DNA of 64,000 nucleotides from a virus. A program made the translations under genes and the position numbers. Positions 16,134-27,400 of the stretch are shown here, one piece after another (the stretch's first letter is position 1; every line of letters begins with the position of its first letter). Location: the UHGV virus genome UHGV-0041117; one strand, written 5' to 3'. The notes below the pieces were generated by a model. It did no database searches. It saw nothing but the letters and a program-made list of their open reading frames with translations, and had not been told where the DNA came from.

Positions 16134-19100
16134 ATGCAGCACATTAAGTCTTTCCTCGAAAGCGTCCTTCCTCCCCTCCCGCCGCAAGAAAATCTTTTCT
16201 CTCAGCCTGCCTATTTCAGTCTCGGCATCGACAAGCGTACTGGAAGCCGTCGGCAGGATGCCTGTCTCTCTATCGACAATATTTTGGATAATGGGCAGCG
16301 CTTGTCTGCCATGGGCTACAACGCTTACTTCGCGCTCGCCTCTTTCGCTGATGGGCTCTATGGGCGCAAGCAGGCCAATGCCCGTCTGCTGAAATCTTTC
16401 TGGGTTGACCTCGACGTAGGTAAGGCCGCCAATTCATACCCCACTATCGAGCTGGCAGTCCGCTCTCTGAGCGAGATGATTCATGCCTCCGGGTTGCGTC
16501 CTTCGTACATCAATTTCTCGGGCGCTGGCCTCCATGTCTTCTGGGCCCTGGACACGCCGATACCGGTGGAGAAGTGGCGTAGAGTGGCCGTGGTGCTGGA
16601 GCGATTCTGTGTAGCGTTCGGACTTATCGCTGACCCCGCTTGCACCAAAGACCCGGCCCGTGTCTTACGCATCCCCGGAACGCTGCACCAGACTACGGGA
16701 CAGACGGTGACGATTATGCGTGACTCCGGTATCCGGTGGTCGCCTCGTAATTTTGCCGAGACCATGCTCACGGCACTGGCCTCGGTCCATCCCGATGTCC
16801 TGATGCAGTTGCAGGGTGCCACACGGCCTGCGCCCACGATGCCGATTATCCCGGCGGCCCCGGTGATAGGGAGCCCTGCATCCTCGGGCAATGCCCTGCT
16901 GGATGGCGGGAGCTTCGGCCTGACCGACGATACCCCGTACGCCAAGGCGGAGCCTATCTGCCAAGGCTGCCGCCAAATGATTACTGCCGGTCTCGGCGCC
17001 GAGCCGCAGTGGTACGCAGCAATGTCGGTGTTCCGCCGGTGCGTGGATGGTCGGGAGTGGGCTCATGCCGTGTCGGCTTTGGATAGCGTCCGGTATGTCC
17101 CCAGTGATACCGAGGCCAAGTTCTGGCATGCCCCGGAGAACTCCCCGGCCCGCTGCGACCGTTTCGATGCGGTCAATCCGGGCGTGTGCCCGAAGTGCCA
17201 GTATTGGGGGAAGATTACGTCCCCCGTGCAGATTTACCGCCGGGCGACTTCCGCTGGCGAAGTCTACACCGTGCCCACACCGCAGCCTGCTGCAGTGGGC
17301 CCGGCCCCGGTAGCCGCTCCTATGCCGCAGACTCGCCTGCAGATACCCGAGACGTTCTACCATCCCAGAATCGGTTTCAGCTCCAAGCGTTTCAGCGTAG
17401 ACGACCGTGGGTGCATCTGGCATAGGTCTGAGAAACAGGACGACGGCTCTTGGGTAACGACAGACCACATCATCACCACGTCGCAGATTTACTACGTGAA
17501 GTCTGAGTGGACGTACGACAACGGCATATCCGAGCGCTCCCACTGGTTTGAGGTGAAGCACCGCCACGGGGCTGTCGAAATGATGCGGCTGCCCGCGTCT
17601 ACCATAGCGAGCAACCAAAGCCTGATGGCCGCCCTCAACTCGTCCAACGTGTTGTCGTACAACCTCGACCAGTACACCCCCAAACTGTTCGCGAGTTTTA
17701 TGAACGCATACCTCCGCAGCGTGCTGGAGAGCGGTAACATGTCCGAACTCCAGACGAAGGATACTTTCGGTTGGACTGATGTCACTGACCCCGTGACGAA
17801 GACCACGACACGGGGCTTCGGTGTCGGGCATGGCGTGATTACTGAGACCGGCATGCACGACACCGTGTACAGGAACTCTGCTGAGAAGTTGGCCCAGAAG
17901 GAATTGACCATCGCTGGCAATCTGGATGCGTGGAAGGATGTCCCCCGTATGTACCGGGTGCTCAACCAGCCTGCGGCCCAGCTTGCCATATGCCTGTCCT
18001 TTGCAGCGCCGCTCATGTCGTATGGCCCCGGCGTGGTTCGCTCGGCGGCGTACTCCCTGTGGAGCCCTCTGAGCGGCAAGGGTAAGTCGCAGGTGCTCTG
18101 CGCTGCGGCATCTGTCTGGGGGCATCCTGAAAACCAATTCATCCAGCGCAACTCCTCTGCTGTCATGCGGATGCGCAAGATGGCTGTGATGAACAACTTG
18201 CCGGTATTCATGGACGAGTTGTCCGATGTGAAGGACGAAGACCTGTACGCGTTGGCGTATTCCTTGATGGGCAATCAGGAGAAGCAGAAGCTCAAGAGCA
18301 ACGGGGCCGAGATGGTCGATACTGGGTCGTGGTCCACGGTCACATTCATCACGGCCAACAAGTGCATCAAGGAAGCCGTGGCCCGGCACGCCGGAGACTC
18401 CGAGGCCAGTATCGTCCGTGTCATGGAATATGAGTGCGACTTCCCGTCCTATGCGGATGTCCCCGAGGTGCAAGAATACATCCATGCCTGCATGGGGGCC
18501 TGCAAGGCCAACTACGGGCTGGCCGGGCCGGAGTTTATCTATCAGGTGCTCCAGCACCGTGACCGGCTGTGCACGCTCACGCAGCAGGTGGAAGCGTGGT
18601 GCTCCAGCCATGGGTTCGACAACAGTGAGCGGTTCCTCTCCTACCCGCTGGCCTTGGCCATGAAGGCTGGGCGCTGGGCTGTGGAGTTCGGCCTGCTCGA
18701 TTACGACATGGACGCCCTGGAGCGTTGGGTCATGGACGTGTTCGTGCCTCATAACCGCGCGAGCACCCGAGTGCATTCCTCTGATGTGCGCCACCTGCTT
18801 TCTACCTACCTCATGGAGCGCCAGCTCAACATGCTGGTGACGCGACAGGACAAGCGGACGGCAGACACCCCGGAAGTCCCGCACGGCATGCCGGATAAAT
18901 TCATCATCCAGCTCCCCACAAACAGGGACGTGCTGTTGCGGGCCTCGCTGGAGTCCAAGGAGCTCTACATTTCCCGGGCCGACCTCCACAAGTGGCTGCG
19001 TACGCAGAAACATTCGCCGACCAACCTGTGGAAGAGACTGGCCGAGCAGGGCATCTATGCCATGGACACCACAACGAACTTCTCTGATGGTATCGGCTGG

Positions 19101-19217
19101 CTGCAGACGCCCACGACGCGCTGCTACAAGCTGGACGCTGCCAGTGTGGACAAGCTGGGATTCGTGATTCAGGAGCCCCCGACAACGAAGGAAGCCACGA
19201 ATATCCGTGTATTGTAG
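16134..19217 (+). CDS. bifunctional primase-polymerase (Prim-Pol) / D5-like helicase
   Basis: N-terminal Prim-Pol motifs LDLDVGK and GLHVFWALD; C-terminal P-loop SPLSGKGKSQV; 1027 aa. Confidence 0.85.
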   Translation: MQHIKSFLESVLPPLPPQENLFSQPAYFSLGIDKRTGSRRQDACLSIDNILDNGQRLSAMGYNAYFALASFADGLYGRKQANARLLKSFWVDLDVGKAANSYPTIELAVRSLSEMIHASGLRPSYINFSGAGLHVFWALDTPIPVEKWRRVAVVLERFCVAFGLIADPACTKDPARVLRIPGTLHQTTGQTVTIMRDSGIRWSPRNFAETMLTALASVHPDVLMQLQGATRPAPTMPIIPAAPVIGSPASSGNALLDGGSFGLTDDTPYAKAEPICQGCRQMITAGLGAEPQWYAAMSVFRRCVDGREWAHAVSALDSVRYVPSDTEAKFWHAPENSPARCDRFDAVNPGVCPKCQYWGKITSPVQIYRRATSAGEVYTVPTPQPAAVGPAPVAAPMPQTRLQIPETFYHPRIGFSSKRFSVDDRGCIWHRSEKQDDGSWVTTDHIITTSQIYYVKSEWTYDNGISERSHWFEVKHRHGAVEMMRLPASTIASNQSLMAALNSSNVLSYNLDQYTPKLFASFMNAYLRSVLESGNMSELQTKDTFGWTDVTDPVTKTTTRGFGVGHGVITETGMHDTVYRNSAEKLAQKELTIAGNLDAWKDVPRMYRVLNQPAAQLAICLSFAAPLMSYGPGVVRSAAYSLWSPLSGKGKSQVLCAAASVWGHPENQFIQRNSSAVMRMRKMAVMNNLPVFMDELSDVKDEDLYALAYSLMGNQEKQKLKSNGAEMVDTGSWSTVTFITANKCIKEAVARHAGDSEASIVRVMEYECDFPSYADVPEVQEYIHACMGACKANYGLAGPEFIYQVLQHRDRLCTLTQQVEAWCSSHGFDNSERFLSYPLALAMKAGRWAVEFGLLDYDMDALERWVMDVFVPHNRASTRVHSSDVRHLLSTYLMERQLNMLVTRQDKRTADTPEVPHGMPDKFIIQLPTNRDVLLRASLESKELYISRADLHKWLRTQKHSPTNLWKRLAEQGIYAMDTTTNFSDGIGWLQTPTTRCYKLDAASVDKLGFVIQEPPTTKEATNIRVL

Positions 19218-19235
19218 GGAAGGTTTTGAATAGGG

Positions 19236-19286
19236 AAGCCCCCGTATCCTGCAGGCGAGCTTTGCAGGGTACGGGGGCTTTTTTGT
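19236..19286. terminator. rho-independent terminator between convergent gene arms
   Basis: GAAGCCCCCGTATCCTGCA...TGCAGGGTACGGGGGCTTC stem followed by TTTTTTG. Confidence 0.75.
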
Positions 19287-19311
19287 TTCCACTGCCGAGA
19301 CAGTGAAAATA

Positions 19312-19917
19312 TTACGCCGTGACTTTGACTGTCAGGACATGCGTCGCGATGGCAGTCCCGTTGCAGTTCGTCGCGGCGACGCTGAAATTGAACGTGCCCT
19401 CTTCTTCCGGCGTTCCTGACAGCAGCAGGACATTGCCGCTGGCCTGGACTTTCATCCAGGGCGGGGTATTGGCAGCCACGAGCGTCATAGGCAGGTCGCC
19501 CGAGAAGGCCACGGCCCCTTCCCATGGAGTAGCGACTACTCCATCCTGGACATAGCCCCCGCTATAGGCCACAGGGGTGCACTGGCACGGGCCTTCACAG
19601 CACTGGTAGTTGCACACCAGGTCTTTCACGGCAGCTACCAGCGTCGGGGATACTGTGCGCACGCAGGACCCATAGGGGTGCGCGCTCGGTTTCGTGCTTT
19701 CCAGCCCGCGCTCCAGCACCAAGGTGCCGTGGTCGTTGCGGACGCGCACGGTCTCCATATCCACGTCGCCCATGATGGTCAGGTAGGTGTAGTCGTCTTC
19801 CTCCGGCAGAAGCGTCAGCAGGTCGGCCGTGGCCTGGACGGATACCGGCAACCCGACATCGGAGCTTTCGAGCTTTGCTGTCAAGTACGCCTCGAAGTAT
19901 TCGTTGACGAACGGCAT
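19312..19917 (-). CDS. structural protein with C-terminal putative Ig-like domain
   Basis: RBS GGGAGG; C-terminal LLSGTPEEEGTFNFSVAATNCNGTAIATHVLTV resembles bacterial Ig-like fold. Confidence 0.6.
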   Translation of the reverse strand: MPFVNEYFEAYLTAKLESSDVGLPVSVQATADLLTLLPEEDDYTYLTIMGDVDMETVRVRNDHGTLVLERGLESTKPSAHPYGSCVRTVSPTLVAAVKDLVCNYQCCEGPCQCTPVAYSGGYVQDGVVATPWEGAVAFSGDLPMTLVAANTPPWMKVQASGNVLLLSGTPEEEGTFNFSVAATNCNGTAIATHVLTVKVTA

Positions 19918-19920
19918 AGG

Positions 19921-20535
19921 CTACCTCCCGGCGTTCCTGATTTCTTCCAGGGCGGCGACACGGGCTTCCATTTCTTGGAGCCACGCCCTGAGTTGCTGTG
20001 TGTCTTCTGCAGACGCGAAGCCAGTATGTCCGCTCGATGCGTAGTCCAAGTGGTCGAGCTTCTCGTGGGAGCGGACCCCTGGTGTACCAGGAGGTCCCGG
20101 AGGCCCTTGCAAGCCGGGTTCACCGCGCCGGCCAGTGGCACCTCGGGGGCCCGGTTTGCCGCGTTCTCCGGGGTCGCCCTTGGGCCCGGGTTCGCCTTGC
20201 TCGCCTCGTTCTCCCGGAACGCCGCGCTCCCCGCGTTTCCCCTGCTTACCTTCTTTCCCGGGTTCGCCTTGGGGACCGGGTTCACCACGGGGGCCCGGTT
20301 TACCGCGAGGGCCCGGATTTCCCTGAACGCCTTCCTGCCCGGGCTGGCCCGGAGGACCCTGGGGACCAGTCTTGCCGGGGTCGCCCTTGTCACCTTTGAG
20401 CGGGTCCCCCCAGCGCAGCATGAGAGGCGAGTTGCTGTCATACACCAACGCTTGGCCGTCCTCGCCGCCAGGCGGGAGGCCGAGGATGGGCACGCAGTTG
20501 GGCATCCCAGGCCTGGGGAAACTGTGTCTGGGCAT
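19921..20535 (-). CDS. collagen-like (Gly-X-Y repeat) fibre protein
   Basis: ~40 uninterrupted GXY triplets ([19 protein letters not shown]...); RBS AGGAGG. Confidence 0.8.
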   Translation of the reverse strand: MPRHSFPRPGMPNCVPILGLPPGGEDGQALVYDSNSPLMLRWGDPLKGDKGDPGKTGPQGPPGQPGQEGVQGNPGPRGKPGPRGEPGPQGEPGKEGKQGKRGERGVPGERGEQGEPGPKGDPGERGKPGPRGATGRRGEPGLQGPPGPPGTPGVRSHEKLDHLDYASSGHTGFASAEDTQQLRAWLQEMEARVAALEEIRNAGR

Positions 20536-20539
20536 GAGG

Positions 20540-21148
20540 TCATACCTCCTCGCCGCATGTGCTCAAGAAGAACTGCACATGGGCCATGTCGATGATGTGT
20601 TCGGAACAGCGCGGGCCGTAGTCGATGTCGAACGTGGACAAGATACAGCACACCGGTGGGGGTGTGTGGACTTGCGGCACGTGACAGCCCATATCCGGAG
20701 CGCAATTCTGATTACCGACCAGATACTCAGGGGGGATGCATTTGTCCGTCTCATCCGCAGGTTCCGGGCGAAGGGCCCGGAGATTCACCGGTGCGAGGTT
20801 GTGTGGGTGATACTGCAGAATCCCAGTGTAGCGCCCATACGGCAGCTCCTTGAACCGCTGCGGCAGGCAGAACACGACAGCGCCTTCGCCGCTCCGCTCG
20901 AACGCATCGCAGCAGATGGTGGGGAAATCGGCGCGCGCCGGATTGGCTACGTCCACATCCACAGGTTTCCCCGGCCAGCAGCCGTGCAGATACCACGGGG
21001 ACCCACCAGGCACGTGGCAAGGCTGGTCGATTTGTCCCGGCTGGATGAGAAGTTGCACATGGCGCCAGTTTGACAGCGTCCTGTGGTTCTTCCAATCCAG
21101 GATGCGGATGCCCACCCGGGCGGTATCTTCTGTGACCTGCAGAATCAT
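20540..21148 (-). CDS. Cys-rich hypothetical virion/tail protein
   Basis: RBS GGAGG; 202 aa with 13 Cys. Confidence 0.55.
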   Translation of the reverse strand: MILQVTEDTARVGIRILDWKNHRTLSNWRHVQLLIQPGQIDQPCHVPGGSPWYLHGCWPGKPVDVDVANPARADFPTICCDAFERSGEGAVVFCLPQRFKELPYGRYTGILQYHPHNLAPVNLRALRPEPADETDKCIPPEYLVGNQNCAPDMGCHVPQVHTPPPVCCILSTFDIDYGPRCSEHIIDMAHVQFFLSTCGEEV

Positions 21149-24100
21149 CGAGCGCCTCCGGCGTAATAGTTGAGATTCTGGACGACCCCACCATACAAAT
21201 CCCGAGACTGGTTGGCAAGAGCGGCGAAGGCGTCGCGCATCTCCTGGGAGGTATCCATGGCCAGCCAGCGCTCCTTGTAGTCCTTGTTGAACTTCTTGCC
21301 CACCTCACGCATCTGCTTGTCTGTGCGCCAGATGAGGATGTAGTCATCAATCTCTTCCGGGGTGAACCCGGCTTCCTTGAGCTTGCTCCGCTTGAAGGCC
21401 TCGGCAGCCACGGCGTCGTTGCCGTAGCTGGTGTCGGTTATCTTCACACCGCTCTGACGGATGCGACGCTCGTAGTCGTCCTTGGCGTTGTAGTACATAA
21501 TCTGGCTGGTGTTGCCAGCGTTACCGAGCCAGGTGGACGCGCCGAGCCCTGCCATTAGCGGGTGCATGTCCTTGAGGACAGAGGGGTCCTGGGACCCCTT
21601 GTGCAGGGAGTCGGCTTCCGTGAGCGCCATGACGGTACGCAGGGGGCCCAGCATGATGCTCTTGGCCATGTAGCGCCACTGCTCAGGCGCGAGGTCGATA
21701 CCGTAGGTCTGATTCATGGTCTTGGCCAGGTCGTGCCAGAGTACGGGGGTGCCGGTGCGACCCGTGTCGGCCATGGCCGTGGTCGAATCCGGGCGGGCCC
21801 GGGTGATTTCCTGCCCGAAGTATGACCGGTTGATGGCCACGTCCATCAGCGGGCGCAGTGGGGCCGGGGTGATGAATGCTGCCAGGTAGCTGGACGGATG
21901 CTCGGTGAACTTGTACGCGGGCCAGTTGCCGGGCATGGTATTCTTCACCGTTGTGAACAGCGTCTCGAAGGCGAGGTCCTGGGGGTCCAGCAGGCCATTC
22001 TCCACCCGGTCCGTACCCACTGCCAGAAGGGCAGCAATCTGCGGCATACCGAAACCGATGGGCAGCCGGACGTAGTCGCCGTTGCGGTTCAACCCGATGG
22101 GGAGGCCACGGGTGAGGTCGGAGAGCGACATGGTGTCCATGATGTAGGTGCCGTTCTCATCCTGACCCATGGATTCCCGGGCCAGGGGATAGAGCAGGGA
22201 GTACGCGGCATAGGCCCCGAGCAGGGACAGGTAGCCGCGCTTGCCCTGCTTGAAGATTTCCTTCGGCGTACGCGCATTGAGGCCCATGGTGCGGGCGAAC
22301 GCCACACCGGACTCCACTGTGGGGACCACGAACGGAAACAGCACGCGCATGTACGGCGTGAGGGCGCCCCTGTGGCTGAGATTCATCATTTCCAAGACAC
22401 CACGCGCGGCGCGGCTGGGTGGGACCCCGGCTTCGCGCAGGGTGATAAACTGCGCGAAAGACCCCAGGTTCTGGAAGTAATCGTTCCAGCCGTCGAGGAC
22501 CCGCATGGTCTGCTGCTTGGCCGTACCAAGGCCATTGAGCCAGCGCTGCATAGCCTGCCCGCCCTGTTCCCCCAGCATCTTCTCGATGCGGGTAGTGCTC
22601 CCCGGCTGCAGCATATCGTTGACGGATTCGCCCGTGGTCTTCACGCCCTGGGTGTATCTCTGGTACAAGCCGTTGCGCCGGTACTCGTCGATGTACTTGT
22701 ACATCTGGGAGTCGGGGGACAGCTTGCCGTTGATAAAGTCGAGGATGACCTTCCCGGCCCGGGCCGTATTGCCTATCATCGCAGCGCCCATGCGCCCGCC
22801 GGAGATGCGGTTGCCGGCCTCGTCGAAGTAGTCACGGTTGAGCATGTTGAACGACCGCTCCATGACATCGCGGATACCGGACACCGGTGCGAACCCGGCA
22901 GTGAAGCGGGTGCTCATCTGACTGAAATAGCTGGTGCCGGTGGCCAGAGCCTCGATGACTTTGCCGGCATCCCCCAGCTTGTAGTTACTGGACAGCCCCT
23001 TGTTGAGGGACTCGCCAGAAAGCCCGGACGCCTCGTCGGCCCAGTTCGGGTCGAAGTGCAGGTACCTGCGCTCCAGCGTGAGGGAGCCATCCGGCTGCTC
23101 GACCGGGACATCCGCGACGATGCCGCCGCCTTCCAAGAGGTGGTCTGCGATGCGCCGACGGGTGGGGTCGATACCGTGCTGCATCTTCACCAGAGTGTTG
23201 TAGGAGTACGACTTCAATCCAGAATCGCCGAAACGGCCGTCTAGCCGCATCTGCCGCTCAAGGGCGAACATCTGGAGCGCGAACTCCTGCATCCCGACCT
23301 CGGTCGCGGCTCTGTTGGCGTAGAACTTCAATGTGGCGTAGGCGCTGTCCGGGCGCTGCTTGCGGCCCTGGATGGCCTGGTAAGAGCCCGGGTTGTAGGG
23401 CCGGCTGTCGTTCGTGGCCCCGGAGAGGTTGTTGTCACGAGTGCGGATAGCGACGTAGTTCTCGAAAGCGGGGAAGCTCTCCAGCACTTCGGGGGACACC
23501 ACACCGGCATTGATGCGTTCCTGCAGCAACATGTCGTAGAGCCCGGACAGGGACTGTGCGAATCCGTCAGCCTCTTCCCGGGTGACGCCGGTGTGCGTGA
23601 TGATGTCCTCCATGTACTTGGCGGCTTCGGCATCGGTATATCCCGCAGACACGAGGTCTTCATCGGGCTCCAGAGAATCGAGGTTCGCTTCCAGGGCGTC
23701 GATTTGGTCCATGAGCCGCTGGGCTTCCAAGAGGTCGGCAGCGTCCACATCCGTGGCCCCGTCCGGCAGCAGCTCATCGACACGCTGGCCCCAGCGTTCG
23801 AGGAGGAGACGGTTCACTTCCGGGGTGTGTTTACACACGGCGTAGTGACCGAGGATTTCTGCCAAGCGCTCAGGTTCCCAGCCGATGCGCTTGGCGACGG
23901 GGACGATGCTTTTGACGGCAGCGGCGATGCGGTCCCGGTAGATGTTGTTCAAGGCACGAATCTTGGAGGGCATCTGGTCGTACTCACGCCACAACGTATT
24001 CTCCGCTGTCGTGCGGTCCGGCTGGTCCGCGAACATGCGGGCCCACTTCGCGAAGTCACCGCGTTCGTTGACGAAGGTCGTGTAGACCTTGTTCTGGAGA

Positions 24101-24474
24101 TTCAGCCATGCCGATGCTCTCCCGACACTGGTACCGGCAGCCACGTTCAAAGCCTCATGCCAGCGCTCCATACGACGTGCGACACCGGCCCGGGCATCTT
24201 CCACGAAGCGGACGAGCCGAGCGGCTGTGATGCGTGCGTTGCGCTGGTCAGATGCGGTGGCCTGCTGGCCGGTGAAGTCCGCATCCTGGGCAACGTCTGC
24301 AAGGTCATTCAGCACGCGCGAACGTTCGGCAGCATCCCGGGTCTGCTGCAGGGGGTCTGCATCAGACCCGGGAGTATCGCTTTTCATAGCGGCCGTGTCC
24401 GGTCCCATGCCCATGGGGTTTTCCATGGTAGCTTTCACGTAGTCAGTTTCAGACGGACAGGTGGGCATAATCAT
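21145..24474 (-). CDS. large virion protein (1109 aa), internal/ejection or tail-associated
   Basis: Long ORF in structural operon; size and position resemble podovirus internal core proteins. Confidence 0.65.
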   Translation of the reverse strand: MIMPTCPSETDYVKATMENPMGMGPDTAAMKSDTPGSDADPLQQTRDAAERSRVLNDLADVAQDADFTGQQATASDQRNARITAARLVRFVEDARAGVARRMERWHEALNVAAGTSVGRASAWLNLQNKVYTTFVNERGDFAKWARMFADQPDRTTAENTLWREYDQMPSKIRALNNIYRDRIAAAVKSIVPVAKRIGWEPERLAEILGHYAVCKHTPEVNRLLLERWGQRVDELLPDGATDVDAADLLEAQRLMDQIDALEANLDSLEPDEDLVSAGYTDAEAAKYMEDIITHTGVTREEADGFAQSLSGLYDMLLQERINAGVVSPEVLESFPAFENYVAIRTRDNNLSGATNDSRPYNPGSYQAIQGRKQRPDSAYATLKFYANRAATEVGMQEFALQMFALERQMRLDGRFGDSGLKSYSYNTLVKMQHGIDPTRRRIADHLLEGGGIVADVPVEQPDGSLTLERRYLHFDPNWADEASGLSGESLNKGLSSNYKLGDAGKVIEALATGTSYFSQMSTRFTAGFAPVSGIRDVMERSFNMLNRDYFDEAGNRISGGRMGAAMIGNTARAGKVILDFINGKLSPDSQMYKYIDEYRRNGLYQRYTQGVKTTGESVNDMLQPGSTTRIEKMLGEQGGQAMQRWLNGLGTAKQQTMRVLDGWNDYFQNLGSFAQFITLREAGVPPSRAARGVLEMMNLSHRGALTPYMRVLFPFVVPTVESGVAFARTMGLNARTPKEIFKQGKRGYLSLLGAYAAYSLLYPLARESMGQDENGTYIMDTMSLSDLTRGLPIGLNRNGDYVRLPIGFGMPQIAALLAVGTDRVENGLLDPQDLAFETLFTTVKNTMPGNWPAYKFTEHPSSYLAAFITPAPLRPLMDVAINRSYFGQEITRARPDSTTAMADTGRTGTPVLWHDLAKTMNQTYGIDLAPEQWRYMAKSIMLGPLRTVMALTEADSLHKGSQDPSVLKDMHPLMAGLGASTWLGNAGNTSQIMYYNAKDDYERRIRQSGVKITDTSYGNDAVAAEAFKRSKLKEAGFTPEEIDDYILIWRTDKQMREVGKKFNKDYKERWLAMDTSQEMRDAFAALANQSRDLYGGVVQNLNYYAGGAR

Positions 24475-27400
24475 CCTTCACATGTGTTACGGGAAGTTGC
24501 AACCAGCTCCCGGGCTTCTTCGAGACTGACGGAGTTGTAGTCCTTCGCATTGAGGTGGATGCCGCACGATTCGCACAGTTTACGCAGGTCGTCGGGGATA
24601 CCGATGAACGGCGCTGGTTTGGGTATGCCGGCATCATGCAGCAGCTTGGCCCGGGCCGCGTCGATTTTGGAGAGCTTCCTGCCCTGGGCCTCCCGCAGCA
24701 GTACGCGAGCCGGGATAGAGAGTACGCTCTGATTCTGGGCATTCGAGATAATGGGGCGGCCGTTTTTGTCTTTTTTGCCGAAGGTGTCTCGCAGGAAGTT
24801 GATGTTCTCGTTGAGCATCTTGTACACGTCCCCTAGAGACGGAGCATCGGTATCCAGAGCCTCCTGCAGTGCGGCAGCGTCAATCACTGCCTGTTTCCTT
24901 GCCGCCATCATCCGGTCAATGGCCTGGTCCAATTTGGACTCTCGCATCAACTGCGCGTTCAAGTTACTCTTGGAAACGCGCTCCAAAAGGTCGTCAGGAT
25001 TTTGCGCCCCGTGCAAAATAAAAGCCATCTGATTGTTGTAATCTGGGAGCCGGTCGAGGCCAAGTGTGGCCAGGTTCGGGTCAGCACGTAGCACTGCTTC
25101 CATATCAGGGTCAGGGACATCGCGGTTTCGGATGTAGTGGCCCAGCGCGCTACGCGCCGAAGTAAGCACCCCATGGGGGTGGGCTCTGCTACTGTAGGAA
25201 GCAGCAGCCCTTATCACGGCGTCCCGGTTCTGGGCACGCTGCAGGACTTCTTCGGCAGTTGCCAAGGCGTCATAGAGGACTGTGGCAGTAGCGACGTTGG
25301 GGGTGTCGACCCTTTTGAAATTGACTTCGCCGTAATTATACCGGGAAGACGTTCCGGTAGTGGACGACTTCTTTGCTTTTTTGGTCGCTGCTTTTGCTAC
25401 AGTGCCCCCTGCGGAAGCCTGAGCGTCGGGTCGTTCGTTGCTGCCAGCGTCTGCTGCATTCCCACGGCGGCCCTTGCCTGCGCTTCGCGCAGCCCTCTGC
25501 TCTCCTGCGCCCGCACTTCCCGTTGCATCTGCTTCGGCTGCTGCGCCAGCACTTCGTTCTCTGAGGGCTGCTTCGGCTTGCTCAATCCTCGCCCGGCGAG
25601 CAGCTCTCTTAGCCTCTGGAGTCTCTCCGGCACCCGATGCCGAGGCCCCAGCAGGCCTTCTCCTTGTAATTGTCGGACTGCCTGCAATAATTTCTGGAGC
25701 AGTGGCGTAGGCAATGGTTCGAGCAACGGGCGCGGCAGGGGCTTGTTCTGGGCTACCAGCAGGAGGATTTGCGTTATCAACTCCTCCCTGTCCTTCCGGT
25801 CGAGATTCTGCCATGGGGGCAGCCGGCGCACTCCGGCGGCTTCCCGCATCGCTTCCTGTGTCGGCATCGGGGTGTCCTCCTTCCATGATTTCCAGGGTCC
25901 GCAGGTTGGCCGCCGTGATGTCCGCGTTGGGGACGAGAGCGGCTGCGTCATCTGCGGGCGTGATATTGATTTGCTCAGGCGCTATCGGAGCCTGCGTTTC
26001 CTGCTCGGTCGCAGTGGCTTTCTGGCTACGCGCCTTCGCCGCCCGCTTTCTGACGACTACCGGCGGAATTTCTTCCGCAACGGGGGGCTCGGGCGTGGCG
26101 GCAGTAGGAACTTCCTGGGGAGCTTCCTGGGGGTTTTCTGCACGTACAGGTTCCGCCACGGGCTCGTCCGCAAATGCGTCTCGCATCGTAGTGAGTCGGT
26201 CACGCTCGGCTCTGGTCGACAGCTTAGAGAAGTCTTTGTTGGACAACCTGGAATCAATAGCGGCCAGCAGGTCCTCACGACGGCCGCCATTTTGCTCGAA
26301 CGTGTTGAGAATGGTTCTGAGCATATTGGCGTTGCTTTGAGCAGCGGCGATAAGCTCGGAGGCATCCCCACGCATATGAGACACATCTTTCCAGCCGTCG
26401 CCCTCGAACAACTTGGCCAGGGCATCCCGGAGATTCGCGTCTTCAATACCATTGAGTTTGCGTTCCAGTTTCGCAGCCGCCATACGCTCTCGTCGACCAG
26501 CACTGACGGGGGTCTCGGGCTGAGGTGCAGCGGTTGCTGCTGCCGGAACTGCTGCTGCAGAGGCGTCAGGTGCCGGATTGATGGGTGTGGGAGTCGGAGC
26601 TGCAGACGCAGAAGCGTCACCCTCCTGCGGGGGTTCGAGCAGCCTGTTCCCGTTGGCATCGTAACCGGCGGGCATGGGCGTGCGGCGCATATTGAACGGA
26701 GCGAAAGCCGGGCCCATGACAGCGCCGAAGAGTGCGGACTCTGCGACACCCTCAGACAACGGCGTGCCGGGGACAGCGTATGCGTCGTACACCAGGTTTT
26801 CACCCAGAGTACCTCCAGCAGCCATCGCGGCGCCCTCAGCGGCCGTTTCGGGAACGGCATGAAGATACCTGGACGCAGTACCACGGGCAGCAGCCTTGGC
26901 CGCCTGGTCGGTAAGCAGACGTTCCACAGCAGCATCATCAGCACCGCCGCGCACGGCTTTGGCGAGCTGGCTGCCCCCAAAACCGCGCAGGGCAGCTCTC
27001 TGGAGGACACTGCGAGTGGCGGCACCAGCGGGGAAGGGGATGGCATTCGCTGCGGCACCCACGCCCATGGCGGCACCGGCGCCTTCCTCGACAGCCTGGA
27101 CTTTTTGTGCTTCGGTCAAGGTGGGGTCGTCGGCCACTCGGCGGACATATCCTCCGAGTCCTGCAGGCACACCCGCCGCCGCACCGCCAAGCATGGAGCC
27201 GAGCAGGCCACCGACAGCCGTACCGACACCCGGGATGACGGACCCTGCGGCAGCACCAGCAGCAGCACCCGCAGCGGCGCCAGCGATACCAGCGCCGAGG
27301 TCGCCGACAGTCTCAGCCGCTCCGCCAACGATGGTGTCGAGCGGAGCGGAGGCGAGCCTGCCGAGGAGGTCGGTACGGCCTTCCTGTTCAAGGCGCTGCT

